Source: Geopsychrobacteraceae bacterium
GTDB lineage: Bacteria > Desulfobacterota > Desulfuromonadia > Desulfuromonadales > Geopsychrobacteraceae
DNA: 64,000 bases
Assembly (NCBI GenBank): GCA_963676795.2
Contig: CAXXTB010000001.1
Coordinates: 128,001-192,000, forward strand
Direction: 5' to 3'
The notes beneath the pieces were generated by a model. The model had not been told where the DNA came from and did no database searches. It worked only from the letters and a program-made list of their open reading frames with translations. Below are positions 52,075 through 61,583 of this stretch, in pieces. Positions within the stretch are counted from its first letter, which is position 1; each line of letters starts with the position of its first letter. Both the position numbers and the translations under genes were made by a program.

Positions 52075-52587
52075 ATGAACAATGTATTTATTAGTGCAGT
52101 AACTGGAAATGATAGTGCCGGCATCATCAAAGCTCTGGCAGAAACAACTCGCGAACTGGGCGGAGAATGGGTGACCAGCAAAGTCATGAAACTCGACGGT
52201 CAGTTCATTGCTCTCATGAAGGTGAGAGTCAAGCCAGAAGAGGAAAATGATCTGGTCGCAGCACTCAAGGCAAAATACCCTGAGCTGTTGTTCACTCACT
52301 CCGAGGCGAGACCTGCTCCTGACAGACCGGCAAAACAGCTGAAACTGGAAATCGACTGCAAGGATCGTTCTGGCCTGACCAAGGACATCAACAACACCCT
52401 CTCCAATCTCGATCTGGTTGTCGACCATATGGAATTCCACCGGATGCTGGTCACCACCCTTGGCGAAACGGTCTACAATGCCAAACTCAATCTGACCGTT
52501 CCTGCCGATACCGACAGCGGTGACCTTGCCAGTGAAATCGAAGCGATGCTGACTGCGGACGATGTTCGCGTCCATGTCATGGCATAA
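52075..52587 (+). CDS. Tandem ACT-domain protein (GcvR-like)
   Basis: GNDSAGII and CKDRSGLT ACT motifs; ATG 52075 after GAGG. Confidence 0.8.
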   Translation: MNNVFISAVTGNDSAGIIKALAETTRELGGEWVTSKVMKLDGQFIALMKVRVKPEEENDLVAALKAKYPELLFTHSEARPAPDRPAKQLKLEIDCKDRSGLTKDINNTLSNLDLVVDHMEFHRMLVTTLGETVYNAKLNLTVPADTDSGDLASEIEAMLTADDVRVHVMA

Positions 52588-52606
52588 GGCTTCACTTTCA
52601 AGCAAT

Positions 52607-52644
52607 AAAAAAACCGCACACCTTTTGGGTGTGCGGTTTTTTTT
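52607..52644. terminator. Bidirectional intrinsic terminator
   Basis: AAAAAAACCGCACACC-TTTTG-GGTGTGCGGTTTTTTTT. Confidence 0.9.
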
Positions 52645-52668
52645 GTGCATTTTCCAATCGACCGGCGG

Positions 52669-54123
52669 CTAGCCTATCAGCGGCGGTATCCCCGGAATCA
52701 TCCCGACAATCGCCATCGCCACAGTCGCAATAACCAGGGCACAGCCCGGAATGATCAGACGATCTAGGACCGACAGGTTCTTGGCGCGTTCCTTGTCACC
52801 GATCAGGCTGTTGTTATCAAGGAACATGGTCAGAGCCCAACCGAAAACCGGGTTGACGATCGCCGAGGCGAAGATACAGATGCCGGAAGCCTGGGCATCC
52901 TTGGTGTTATGAACCATTTCCATCCCCGCTTCGAGCAGCGGCAGGTAGACACCGACCAGCAGCGCAATACCGAGAACCGGACGCCAGACCGCGATATCCA
53001 TCGGGAAACCAAGGATAGCGACAACGATCGACAGGATACCGGTCAGGATCGCACCGGCAGGGATCGGCCGCTTGGCGATCGCAGCTGGAATCATGTAGGT
53101 ACCCCAGGACGAGGTGATACAGCCGCTGCCAAAGAAACCGGTTACAATCTGGCGGAAAGAACAGCCGATCATGGTATCGTCGACGTTCATCAGAACGTCC
53201 TTGGCCTTTTTCGGATAGTTCATCTCCTGGAAAATCCGGTGACCGAGGAAGTCAGGCGACCACATAGCAACCGCCAGAATGGCGAACGGCAGCGATGAGA
53301 TAAATGCGGAAACACCCGGCATACCCAGTTTCCAGCCGGTCTCTGCACCCCACCAGTACATTGGGTTAAAGCTCGGCAGGCCAGGCGCGGTCTCAAAATG
53401 GAACGGCGCACCCAGAACCAGGGCGATGATTGCGGCAAAAGCGGAACAAACCGGAATCGCCAGCCAGCGCTTACCGACCCGGGCCAGGTAGGCATAGAGA
53501 ATCAGGTTCAGCCCCAGAACGACAAAGCTGACGTAGCCCATGCCAAAGCCGGTTGCCCACTTCTGAATAGCACCAACCTGGCCGATAACACCGATCGCTC
53601 CCAGATAGACCAACAAACCGCCGGCGACCCCGTTACTGGTAACATTGACCAGGCGCGAGCCCCCCTTGGTGATACTCAGAATCAGGCCAAAGACACCGAT
53701 CAGAATCGCCAATGCCATCGGATGGGTACCGGAGGTCGCCATCAGCGGGATCAACGGCATCATCGGACCGTGAATACCTGCGAGGTTGGCCCGTGGATTG
53801 AAGATACCGGAGAACAGGATGACGAAAAGGACACAGGTGACGATCATATCGACACGAACGTTCTCAACGATAAAGGCCTGATCAAGACCATAGGCACCGG
53901 CAAAAGCGTTAGCGATCGCGGTACACATAACGGCAAGTCCGATGGTCCCGGCGATAGCCGGAATCAGGTCTTCAAAAGCGAAGCTGAAGTCACGGCCAGG
54001 CAGGTTGATACTCCAGCGTTTTGGGCTCATGATCTCCAACTCATGGTTGAGATAGTCTGCCCGGGTCGCAAACTCTTTACGCGGCTTACGTAGTTTGCGG
54101 TAGCTTTCTGCTTCTGTACTCAT
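52669..54123 (-). CDS. DUF3360-like multi-pass membrane protein, putative transporter
   Basis: YLNHELEIMSPKRW, NLAGIHGP, WSPDFLGHRIFQ, SSWGTY; many TM segments. Confidence 0.75.
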   Translation of the reverse strand: MSTEAESYRKLRKPRKEFATRADYLNHELEIMSPKRWSINLPGRDFSFAFEDLIPAIAGTIGLAVMCTAIANAFAGAYGLDQAFIVENVRVDMIVTCVLFVILFSGIFNPRANLAGIHGPMMPLIPLMATSGTHPMALAILIGVFGLILSITKGGSRLVNVTSNGVAGGLLVYLGAIGVIGQVGAIQKWATGFGMGYVSFVVLGLNLILYAYLARVGKRWLAIPVCSAFAAIIALVLGAPFHFETAPGLPSFNPMYWWGAETGWKLGMPGVSAFISSLPFAILAVAMWSPDFLGHRIFQEMNYPKKAKDVLMNVDDTMIGCSFRQIVTGFFGSGCITSSWGTYMIPAAIAKRPIPAGAILTGILSIVVAILGFPMDIAVWRPVLGIALLVGVYLPLLEAGMEMVHNTKDAQASGICIFASAIVNPVFGWALTMFLDNNSLIGDKERAKNLSVLDRLIIPGCALVIATVAMAIVGMIPGIPPLIG

Positions 54124-54863
54124 TCTACTATCCTCTTCTAACTATGAACGTTAATCACCTTCCTCGATTTAAAATCGAGGAACCACGGATACGGAGTCTG
54201 ACACACAACGGCCACAGCAAACGCCCTGAGAGCAGTCCCTGTGGCCAGATTACGTCCTTGTCAACCTGCTAAATCTGAGGGCACTTTCAAACCGTTCCAA
54301 GCCGCCCTCTCCATCGATTTTTTCCAACTTTCGATGGTCCTTTTCTACACCGAAAAGATAAACTTTGTGCTCAAACGCTTTTCTATAATAAAAATTTCGC
54401 AGATATTATCTTATCGGGGAAAACAATTCCAAACAAAAAATGCAAAACCTTCCGACGAAATTTCAGTTACTTAACAAGATGTGTGATTTTATAACAGAAG
54501 GTAATTTATTATCACAGAAGAAGAAATTTATCGCATTTGATACATTCATTAATATGAATGTTTATTCAGGTCAATTTATCATCAGATTAATAAAGAATGA
54601 TAAAATTTGAGATATAATGCTTACCGCATAAATTCTTATAGAAGACATTTGGCAAGTTATGTTCTGATGACTCCAGTGATGAAAAAAAGATCCTGTCTGG
54701 TAAAGCAGAATAGCACGATGCACGCTCCCCGCTGGGGAACAGACAGGTAAAAAAAGAGCCTGGTGAATCCCTGCTGAGATTTTCCATATGCGCAGAAAAA
54801 GCAAAACTGGATAAGGACTGTCAGGCGAGAAGTATCGGTCAAAAAAACGCAAGAACGTATGAA

Positions 54864-55913
54864 TCAGTAAGCCATCGAAACAGCTTTGACCAGCAGATAG
54901 ACCTGACAGCCGACAGCCAGGTTGAGACGATGGGCCGAAGCCTTTGAAATCCGTGCGGTCAGTGGAGCCCCGGCATCGGTGTGGACCAACACGCTCCGGT
55001 TGCGGGTTTCCTCCATGCTGAGGATGGTCGCCTTGAAGATATTCCGGGTACTGATGTTCTGTGGCTCATCAAGGGAGATGGTCACATCGGAGGCCTTGAT
55101 CGCGGCACGAATACGCTCTGCGCCAGGCCGCTCGGCAGCGACGATGTAGAAGTTCGTCCCCTGATGCTCGGCGGTGACCACACCGAACTCGTCATCGTAA
55201 TCGACAATTCGACACTCGTTGACCGAGACGTAATCCCCTTCCGTCTCGACACTGCCGAGTCCGGCATATTCGCCTTCCGGCTTACCGGCACTCAGAATCC
55301 GCCCCTTGCTGACGCGGATCAGCTCATCGCTGAGACGCAGGATCTCGGTACGCGAGTGGGTCACATAAAAGATCGGTATGTTGAACTTCTCCGGCAGCTT
55401 GGCAATATAGGGGAGCAGTTCGTCCTTGCGTTGCGGATCAAGTGAGGCGAGCGGCTCATCCATGAGCAGGATCTGTGGTCGCATCAGCAGCGCCCGGCCG
55501 ATGGCGACGCGCTGTTTCTCACCACCGGAAAGTTTGGCCGGCATCCGTTCGAGCAGATGAGCGATACCGAGCAACTCGCTGATCTCCTGCAATTGAGAGG
55601 CATCACTGTGCTTGCCGTAGAGCAGGTTCTTGCGTACCGTCATGTGCGGAAAGAGTCGGCCGTCCTGAAAAACGTAACCGCAACGCCGCTCCCGGATCGG
55701 ACAGTTGACCTTGAGATCCGAATCGAACAACAGCTTGCCGTTGATAAACACCCGACCTGAATCCGGCGTCACCAGCCCGGCGATCATATTGATGATCGAT
55801 GATTTCCCTGAGCCGGAAGGTCCGGCCAGCACGGTAATCCCGGTGGTCTCCGAGGTAAATTCGACATCCAGGTCAAAGGCCCCGAACTTTTTTTTCAGTC
55901 TGACTTCTATCAT
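54864..55913 (-). CDS. modC: Molybdate ABC transporter ATPase
   Basis: GPSGSGKS, FQDGRLFPH, LSGGE, DEP, C-terminal TOBE domain. Confidence 0.94.
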   Translation of the reverse strand: MIEVRLKKKFGAFDLDVEFTSETTGITVLAGPSGSGKSSIINMIAGLVTPDSGRVFINGKLLFDSDLKVNCPIRERRCGYVFQDGRLFPHMTVRKNLLYGKHSDASQLQEISELLGIAHLLERMPAKLSGGEKQRVAIGRALLMRPQILLMDEPLASLDPQRKDELLPYIAKLPEKFNIPIFYVTHSRTEILRLSDELIRVSKGRILSAGKPEGEYAGLGSVETEGDYVSVNECRIVDYDDEFGVVTAEHQGTNFYIVAAERPGAERIRAAIKASDVTISLDEPQNISTRNIFKATILSMEETRNRSVLVHTDAGAPLTARISKASAHRLNLAVGCQVYLLVKAVSMAY

Positions 55914-56596
55914 CCGTTGATTCTTTTAGCCGTTTTTTGCGCCAACACCTCGGACAGAGCCAGTGCGACCAGCGCAATAATGATGGAAATGATACAGAGC
56001 CGCGCCGCCATCATTTCACCATCCGGGGTCTGGGTAAAGGTGTAAAGCGCCAACGGCAGGGTCTGGGTCTCGCCGGGAATATTGGAGACAAAGGTGATGG
56101 TCGCACCAAATTCGCCGAGGCTGCGGGCAAAAGCAAGAACGGCCCCGGTAATCAAACCCGGGACCGAGAGAGGCAGGGTAATCGTCAGAAAGATCCGCAG
56201 GCGGCTCGCCCCCAGGGTCCGGGCCGCAGCTTCCAGCCCCTTGTCGACCGCTTCGATCGACAGTCTGATCGCCCTCACCATCAGCGGAAAACTCATCACC
56301 AGGGAGGCAAGCACCGCCCCCTTCCAGTTGAAGGCGAATTTCAGGCCGAGCGCCTGAAACAGCTCCCCAAGAAAGGTGCGGCGCCCCAGCACAATGATCA
56401 GCAGATAACCGGTGACCACCGGCGGGACGACCAACGGAAGATGAATAACGGCATCGATGAGTGCCTTGCCGCGAAACTGGCAGCGGGCCAGTAACAGGGC
56501 AAAGGCGATAGCCGGAACCAGGCCGACAGCAACAGCCCAGACGGCAACCTTAAGACTCAGCCAGATGGCGTTAAACTCTTCCGGGGATAAACTCAT
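55910..56596 (-). CDS. modB: Molybdate ABC transporter permease
   Basis: HLPLVVPPVVTG, EAAARTLGA, FARSLGEFGAT. Confidence 0.95.
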   Translation of the reverse strand: MSLSPEEFNAIWLSLKVAVWAVAVGLVPAIAFALLLARCQFRGKALIDAVIHLPLVVPPVVTGYLLIIVLGRRTFLGELFQALGLKFAFNWKGAVLASLVMSFPLMVRAIRLSIEAVDKGLEAAARTLGASRLRIFLTITLPLSVPGLITGAVLAFARSLGEFGATITFVSNIPGETQTLPLALYTFTQTPDGEMMAARLCIISIIIALVALALSEVLAQKTAKRING

Positions 56597-57360
56597 TGAG
56601 TGACAAATCCGTATTTCTCAAGAACTGTTTTGGCCCTGGCGCTCTTCATAAAAGCGAGGAAGGCCTTGGTCTCCGCAGTTTGTTTGCCTTTGACGGCGCA
56701 GATCGGATACTCGACAGGGGTATGCGATTCGGCAGCAAAGATGTAAACGATATGGGACTCTTTCGACTGTATGGCGTCGGTTTTGTAGACAATACCAAAA
56801 TCGGCCTGCTCGGTGTCAACAGCGTTCAGCGCTTTACGCACATCAGGATACTGGGCCAGCTGCTTGCTTAAACTTTCCCACAGGCCGTAATGGCTCAGCG
56901 CTTCCTTGCCGTACATCCCGGCCGGAACATGGGTCGCATCGCCCATGGCCAGGTAGCCCTCGCCAAGCAAGCCGGGCAGCTGGCGGATATCGTTCATTTT
57001 GTCTTTGCCGTTCGGGCCGGCGATGACAACCAGCGCATTGGAGGCCATCAGCGCATTGCTGCCCGCTTCGACCAGCCCTTTTTCATCCAGCCATTTATAC
57101 CATTTGACGTTGGCGGAAATAAAGATGTTGGCGTCAGCGCCGGCATCGATCTGGCGGGCCAGGGTCGAGCTGGAAGCAAACGAGGTCAGGAATTCCGCCG
57201 CGCTTCCACTCTCCTGTCTATAGGTATCGATCAGCTCCTTGACGGCATTGGTGGTCGAGGCGGCGGCAAAAACATAGACCTTCTCTGACGCAACAGCTGA
57301 AGTTGCCAGCAGCACAGCCAGACACAGACTGGCCAGGGTTAACAGACTACGCTTGAACAT
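56593..57360 (-). CDS. modA: Molybdate-binding periplasmic protein
   Basis: Signal peptide, VFAAAS, FASSSTLARQI, VPAGMY, GIVYKTDA; ATG 57360 after GGAGGAG. Confidence 0.94.
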   Translation of the reverse strand: MFKRSLLTLASLCLAVLLATSAVASEKVYVFAAASTTNAVKELIDTYRQESGSAAEFLTSFASSSTLARQIDAGADANIFISANVKWYKWLDEKGLVEAGSNALMASNALVVIAGPNGKDKMNDIRQLPGLLGEGYLAMGDATHVPAGMYGKEALSHYGLWESLSKQLAQYPDVRKALNAVDTEQADFGIVYKTDAIQSKESHIVYIFAAESHTPVEYPICAVKGKQTAETKAFLAFMKSARAKTVLEKYGFVTQ

Positions 57361-57391
57361 GAGTAACTCCTCCAATAAATAAAGTGCGAAC

Positions 57392-57434
57392 ATCGCTTTC
57401 GATATTTGCGAAGGTATAACGCAATGTATAGCGA
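57392..57434. promoter_or_regulatory. Candidate ModE operator upstream of modA
   Basis: TATAACG and TATAGCG half-sites resembling the ModE half-site CGTTATA; spacing not canonical. Confidence 0.45.
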
Positions 57435-57473
57435 GTCAACAGATTTATCTTCAGAGAATTGATAAACGAAAAT

Positions 57474-57526
57474 CCACCCTTCAATCTCCCCTATTTTATA
57501 GGGGGGGAAGCGCGCTTGCGAGCAAG
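57474..57526 (+). repeat. REP-like element, copy 6 (degenerate)
   Basis: CCACCCTTCAATCTCCCCTATTTTATAGGGGGGGAAGCGCGCTTGCGAGCA. Confidence 0.8.
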
Positions 57527-57571
57527 TATCTCTACCACCGCGGCAGCCGGTGACTTCAAAACAACAGGTAT

Positions 57572-57712
57572 GTTTTCCGATTGGAAACGAGCAATTTTTC
57601 GTTGTGGCTAGGAAATCAAGGGCTAACGCCGAGGCGTAGTACTTTACGCCGCACAAGGCAGCCCGCCGATTGACGCCGCCACAGCGGAAAAGGGCCGCTT
57701 CCGGCTGGAAAC
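57572..57712 (+). mobile_element. ~141-bp MITE-like repeat, copy C
   Basis: Aligns end to end with 15780-15920. Confidence 0.75.
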
Positions 57713-58479
57713 TATTTAAGGATGGTCACAACCTGCGCCTTGAACAGTGCCGTGACCACATCGCCGATCTCCAGTTCCATAGAGGCAACGCTGTTGGCGG
57801 TCATGATCACGTAGATGCTCTGGCCACCGGGCAGACCGATCTCGACCTCAGCCGACACCCCGGAGCTGACGATCCTGCTTACCCGGCCGAGCAGACGGTT
57901 ACGGGCGCTGACCGCCAGTTCACGGCCATCGCCTTTGAGCACCGTCACGGCGCTTTCGTGAACCAGGGCATAGACCCGATCATCGGTCTTCAGCTCCATC
58001 CGCTCGACGCTGGCGCGGGTGATAACGGCCGAGAGCAGATCGCCGCCACGCAGCTTGATGGTGATATCGGCGTTGGTGATGCCGATGTTGATGTCTTCAA
58101 TATGACAGCTGAACAGGTTCTTGGTACTGGCCAGGAAAAAACCGATGCCGGACGTATCCTGTTCGTTCTGTAACTGCTCAAGGGTCCGGTCGTGCGCCTC
58201 TTCCAGCTCGTAGAAGGTCTTGATCAGCTCCCGTGCGTAAGGGGTCAGGGTCGAACCGCCACCGCTGCGCCCGCCGGTCACCTTGACGACCAGCGGCTCT
58301 TCGGCCAGATTGTTCATCTTGTCGATGGCGTCCCAGGCCGCCTTGTAGCTCATGCCGGCAGCCGCCGAGGCTTTGGAGATCGAACCGATTTCATCGATCT
58401 TTTCGAGCAGCTTTATCCGCTTGGCTTCAAAGGTTGTGCGCTGTTGTTTAAGCCAGATCTTGTTATCGCTTCGCATCAT
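57712..58479 (-). CDS. modE: Molybdate-responsive regulator ModE (wHTH plus TOBE domains)
   Basis: GSISKAS..MSYKAAWD, GGRSGGGS, STKN and SARN TOBE motifs. Confidence 0.93.
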   Translation of the reverse strand: MMRSDNKIWLKQQRTTFEAKRIKLLEKIDEIGSISKASAAAGMSYKAAWDAIDKMNNLAEEPLVVKVTGGRSGGGSTLTPYARELIKTFYELEEAHDRTLEQLQNEQDTSGIGFFLASTKNLFSCHIEDINIGITNADITIKLRGGDLLSAVITRASVERMELKTDDRVYALVHESAVTVLKGDGRELAVSARNRLLGRVSRIVSSGVSAEVEIGLPGGQSIYVIMTANSVASMELEIGDVVTALFKAQVVTILK

Positions 58480-58617
58480 CAGCCTTTCTTTACAAAATTC
58501 ATTGATATTTCACTGAATATACTCAGATTGTGCCGCAGGTCAACCTCCCCGAAATCAACCGTGGACAATATACGCCAGATGTATTATCTGAACAATGAAT
58601 CAACGAGTTCTCAAAAC

Positions 58618-58675
58618 ACCCCCTCAATCCCTCCTACACTTAATAGAGGGGAAGCGAGTTTACCAGCAGAGGGGG
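58618..58675 (+). repeat. REP-like element, copy 7 (divergent)
   Basis: ACCCCCTCAATCCCTCCTACACTTAATAGAGGGGAAGCGAGTTTACCAGCAGAGGGGG. Confidence 0.8.
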
Positions 58676-58719
58676 ACTCCCACAGCAAAAAATGAAAGTT
58701 TTCAGATAAAGGTGTCTGA

Positions 58720-59406
58720 ATGATTCTTCAAGGAACAATCGTCAATGTCGTCGCCATCGCCGCCGGGTCGCTGGTCGGCTTCAAGGCTGGCCGGCTGCTC
58801 TCCGGACGGCTGCGCAAAACGCTGATGTCGGGCCTCGGCCTGGCGGTTCTGCTGATCGGCCTGAAGCTGTCGTTGCAGAGCCAGCAGCCGATGATCGTCA
58901 TTGCCAGCCTGATCCTGGGTGGCCTGATCGGCGAGATGATCGGGATAGAAAAGCGTCTGGAAAACTTCGGCGAACGCCTGCAGAAAAGGTTCTCCGGCAG
59001 TGGCAAGGTCGCCGAAGGGTTTGTTGTCGCCAGTCTGCTCTACTGTGTCGGTGCCATGGCGATCATGGGCTCGCTGCAGGACGGCATGGGTGACAAGCCG
59101 ACCATCCTCTACGCCAAGGCAGCGCTTGACGGCGTGGCCTCGATCGCCCTCGCCTCAACCCTGGGGATCGGCGTGCTCTTCTCTGTTATTCCGCTGGCCC
59201 TCTACCAGGGCGCGATCACCCTGGCGACCGGGCTGATGAGCCGGGTTCTGACCGAATCCGTCATGACCGAGATGAACGCCGTCGGCGGCCTGCTGATCGT
59301 CGCCATCGCCCTCGACCTGCTCGGCCTCAAGCGCCTGCCGGTCGGCAATCTGCTGCCGGCGGTGTTTGTTGCTGCGGCCCTGATGTGGATCTTCGGGCTG
59401 GCCTGA
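58720..59406 (+). CDS. DUF554 family membrane protein
   Basis: GTIVNV, SLLYCVGAMAIMGS, KAALDG, NLLPA. Confidence 0.85.
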   Translation: MILQGTIVNVVAIAAGSLVGFKAGRLLSGRLRKTLMSGLGLAVLLIGLKLSLQSQQPMIVIASLILGGLIGEMIGIEKRLENFGERLQKRFSGSGKVAEGFVVASLLYCVGAMAIMGSLQDGMGDKPTILYAKAALDGVASIALASTLGIGVLFSVIPLALYQGAITLATGLMSRVLTESVMTEMNAVGGLLIVAIALDLLGLKRLPVGNLLPAVFVAAALMWIFGLA

Positions 59407-59488
59407 CCCGCGCAGCGGGATAACAATATTCCCCTTACGGGATCTTGCTCACAGCGCAACTTTCCTTCTCAAACGGCCTGAAATCTGT

Positions 59489-59656
59489 GCTTCCACAGAC
59501 TTATCCACAGCCACTGACGGGCCGGAATGACTGCCCGTGAAAGGACATAAATCGGCGCTAAGATATTTACTTTTAAAGATATTCATATTTTCTTCCGACC
59601 CTGATCAAGACCACCTGACGTCGCCATTCCGGTAAAATCTGGCCAAGTTATCCACA
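59489..59656 (+). promoter_or_regulatory. DnaA-box module 1
   Basis: GCTTCCACA-3 bp-TTATCCACA (59501) and TTATCCACA (59648), with an AT-rich centre. Confidence 0.7.
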
Positions 59657-59800
59657 TCTCCAAGTACTTCTCCCGCCGGCGAAATCAGCGCTGTGCGAAG
59701 CCTTGTTACACCCCCGTAAAGTTCTCAATACAGACGCCGCATGACGTCACTGCACATTTTTTTATCTGCCGGCCTTGACTTAATTACCGTTTTAGTAATA

Positions 59801-59814
59801 ATTTGATATCTAAT
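59801..59814. promoter_or_regulatory. Candidate MarR operator, with a second copy at 60305-60318
   Basis: Near-palindromes ATTTGATATCTAAT and GTTCGACATCTAAC before marR and doxX. Confidence 0.55.
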
Positions 59815-59833
59815 GATTCGACATGGAGACGAT

Positions 59834-60286
59834 ATGCCAATTTCATTTCATGGAACAAAAACGGAAACCGAGGCTCTTGGCACCTATGTCAAGCTGGTGA
59901 GAGCCACTGAAACGATCACAGCCGTCACGCACCGCCATCTGGCCAGGGTAAAACTGACCGTCTCTCAGTTTGGCGTGCTTGAAACCCTCTATCACTTAGG
60001 CCCCATGTGTCAGGCTGAGGTCGCCAGAAAAAACCTGAAAAGTACGGCGAACATCACCACCGTTGTCGACAACCTGGAAAAGCGCGGTCTGGTCGAACGA
60101 ATACGCAGCTTTGAGGATCGCCGTTACATCACCCTGCACCTCACAGATGCGGGACTCAGCCTGATCGAGGCCATCTTTCCGGCCCATGTTGAGAGGATGG
60201 TCAAAGGTTTCAGTGTCCTGACAGCTGAAGAACAACGTCAACTGGGCGATCTCTGCAAAAAACTGGGCATGAGCCAGCAGGCGTAA
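59834..60286 (+). CDS. MarR-family transcriptional regulator
   Basis: QFGVLETLYHLG, VVDNLEKRGLVER, DRR, LTDAG; ATG 59834 after GGAG. Confidence 0.92.
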   Translation: MPISFHGTKTETEALGTYVKLVRATETITAVTHRHLARVKLTVSQFGVLETLYHLGPMCQAEVARKNLKSTANITTVVDNLEKRGLVERIRSFEDRRYITLHLTDAGLSLIEAIFPAHVERMVKGFSVLTAEEQRQLGDLCKKLGMSQQA

Positions 60287-60346
60287 AATAAATTAACTTA
60301 TTAGTTCGACATCTAACGACTAAGGGTCGAACAAAGGAGCCAACCA

Positions 60347-60799
60347 ATGTTAAGCAAACTATTTTCCACCAAAGACAGTTATTCTGCCCTGATTCTGCGC
60401 CTGGCTCTGGCACTGGTCATCTTTCCGCACGGAGCACAAAAGCTGACGGGTTGGTTCGGTGGCTACGGATTTACCGGCACCATGAACTTTTTTACCGAGG
60501 GGATGGGCATCCCCTACATCTTTGCCCTGCTGGCCATTCTGGCTGAATTCTTCGGCGCACTTGGCCTGATCGTCGGACTGGGAACAAGAATTGCCGCCTT
60601 GGGAATCGGCGTCACCATGGCCGTCGCCATTCTGATGGTTCATGCTCCGAACGGTTTCTTTATGAATTGGTACGGCAGTCAAGCTGGAGAAGGATTTGAA
60701 TTTCACCTGCTCGTCATTGGTATGGCCCTGGCGCTGATTATCAGCGGCGCGGGCAAATGGTCTCTGGACCGGCTACTGGCCGGCAAACTGGAAAAATAA
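60347..60799 (+). CDS. DoxX family membrane protein
   Basis: HGAQKLTGWFGG, AEFFG, GEGFEFHL, GAGKWSLD. Confidence 0.92.
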   Translation: MLSKLFSTKDSYSALILRLALALVIFPHGAQKLTGWFGGYGFTGTMNFFTEGMGIPYIFALLAILAEFFGALGLIVGLGTRIAALGIGVTMAVAILMVHAPNGFFMNWYGSQAGEGFEFHLLVIGMALALIISGAGKWSLDRLLAGKLEK

Positions 60800-60821
60800 T
60801 CAGCCACGACAGGAGAGAACC

Positions 60822-61517
60822 ATGATTACAGTGCGTAAATCTGAAGAGAGAGGCCACTTTGTCTCAGACTGGCTGGACAGTTACCACAGCTTCTCCTTTG
60901 ACACCTACTATGATCCCGACCATATGGGATTCCGCAGCCTGCGGGTCATCAATCAGGATCGGGTTCAACCGGGACAGGGGTTTCCACTCCACCCACACCG
61001 GGATATGGAGATCCTCTCCTTTGTCCTTGAAGGTCAGCTCAAGCACAAAGACAATCTGGGACATGAGGGGATTATCAATGCCGGCGAGGTTCAGCGCATC
61101 TCGGCCGGAAGCGGAGTGATGCACAGCGAGTTCAACCCCTCGGAGAGCGAGGAGGTCCATTTCCTTCAGATCTGGATCCTGCCCGAAGAAAAGAGCCTTA
61201 AACCCTCCTACGAAAACAGGGTGTTTGAGCTCAAAGAACAGAACCAGCTGCAACTGCTCGCTTCACAGGACGGCAGGGATGGATCGGCTGTTGTTCATCA
61301 GGATATCGCTCTTTATTCCGGCGAGCTGGAAGCGGGTAACAGTTGCGAATATCAGCTGGCAGATGGGCGGCATGCCTGGATTCAGGTCACCGCCGGAAAG
61401 CTCGAGGTCGCGGGAGAAAATCTGCAAGCCGGTGACGGTGCTGCCATCAGTGAAGAGAAATTGCTCGTTCTCTCTGCCAGAGACAAAGCCCGTTTCCTGC
61501 TTTTTGACCTGGCATAA
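60822..61517 (+). CDS. Pirin family protein (YhhW-like)
   Basis: HSFSF, HPHRDMEI, HSE, FLQIW. Confidence 0.93.
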   Translation: MITVRKSEERGHFVSDWLDSYHSFSFDTYYDPDHMGFRSLRVINQDRVQPGQGFPLHPHRDMEILSFVLEGQLKHKDNLGHEGIINAGEVQRISAGSGVMHSEFNPSESEEVHFLQIWILPEEKSLKPSYENRVFELKEQNQLQLLASQDGRDGSAVVHQDIALYSGELEAGNSCEYQLADGRHAWIQVTAGKLEVAGENLQAGDGAAISEEKLLVLSARDKARFLLFDLA

Positions 61518-61583
61518 TGGGCCTTGCTCAAAACCGTTAATAGCACTAAAAAACCGATATAACCCTACGAAAGGACCACAGTT

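Noticed and set aside
54664..54675. CTGATGACTCC resembling the fluoride riboswitch 3' end
   Set aside because: Wrong strand for the neighbouring genes and the 5' motif is absent
7399..58675. Repeats as a CRISPR array
   Set aside because: Copies are dispersed kilobases apart with no spacer periodicity and no cas genes
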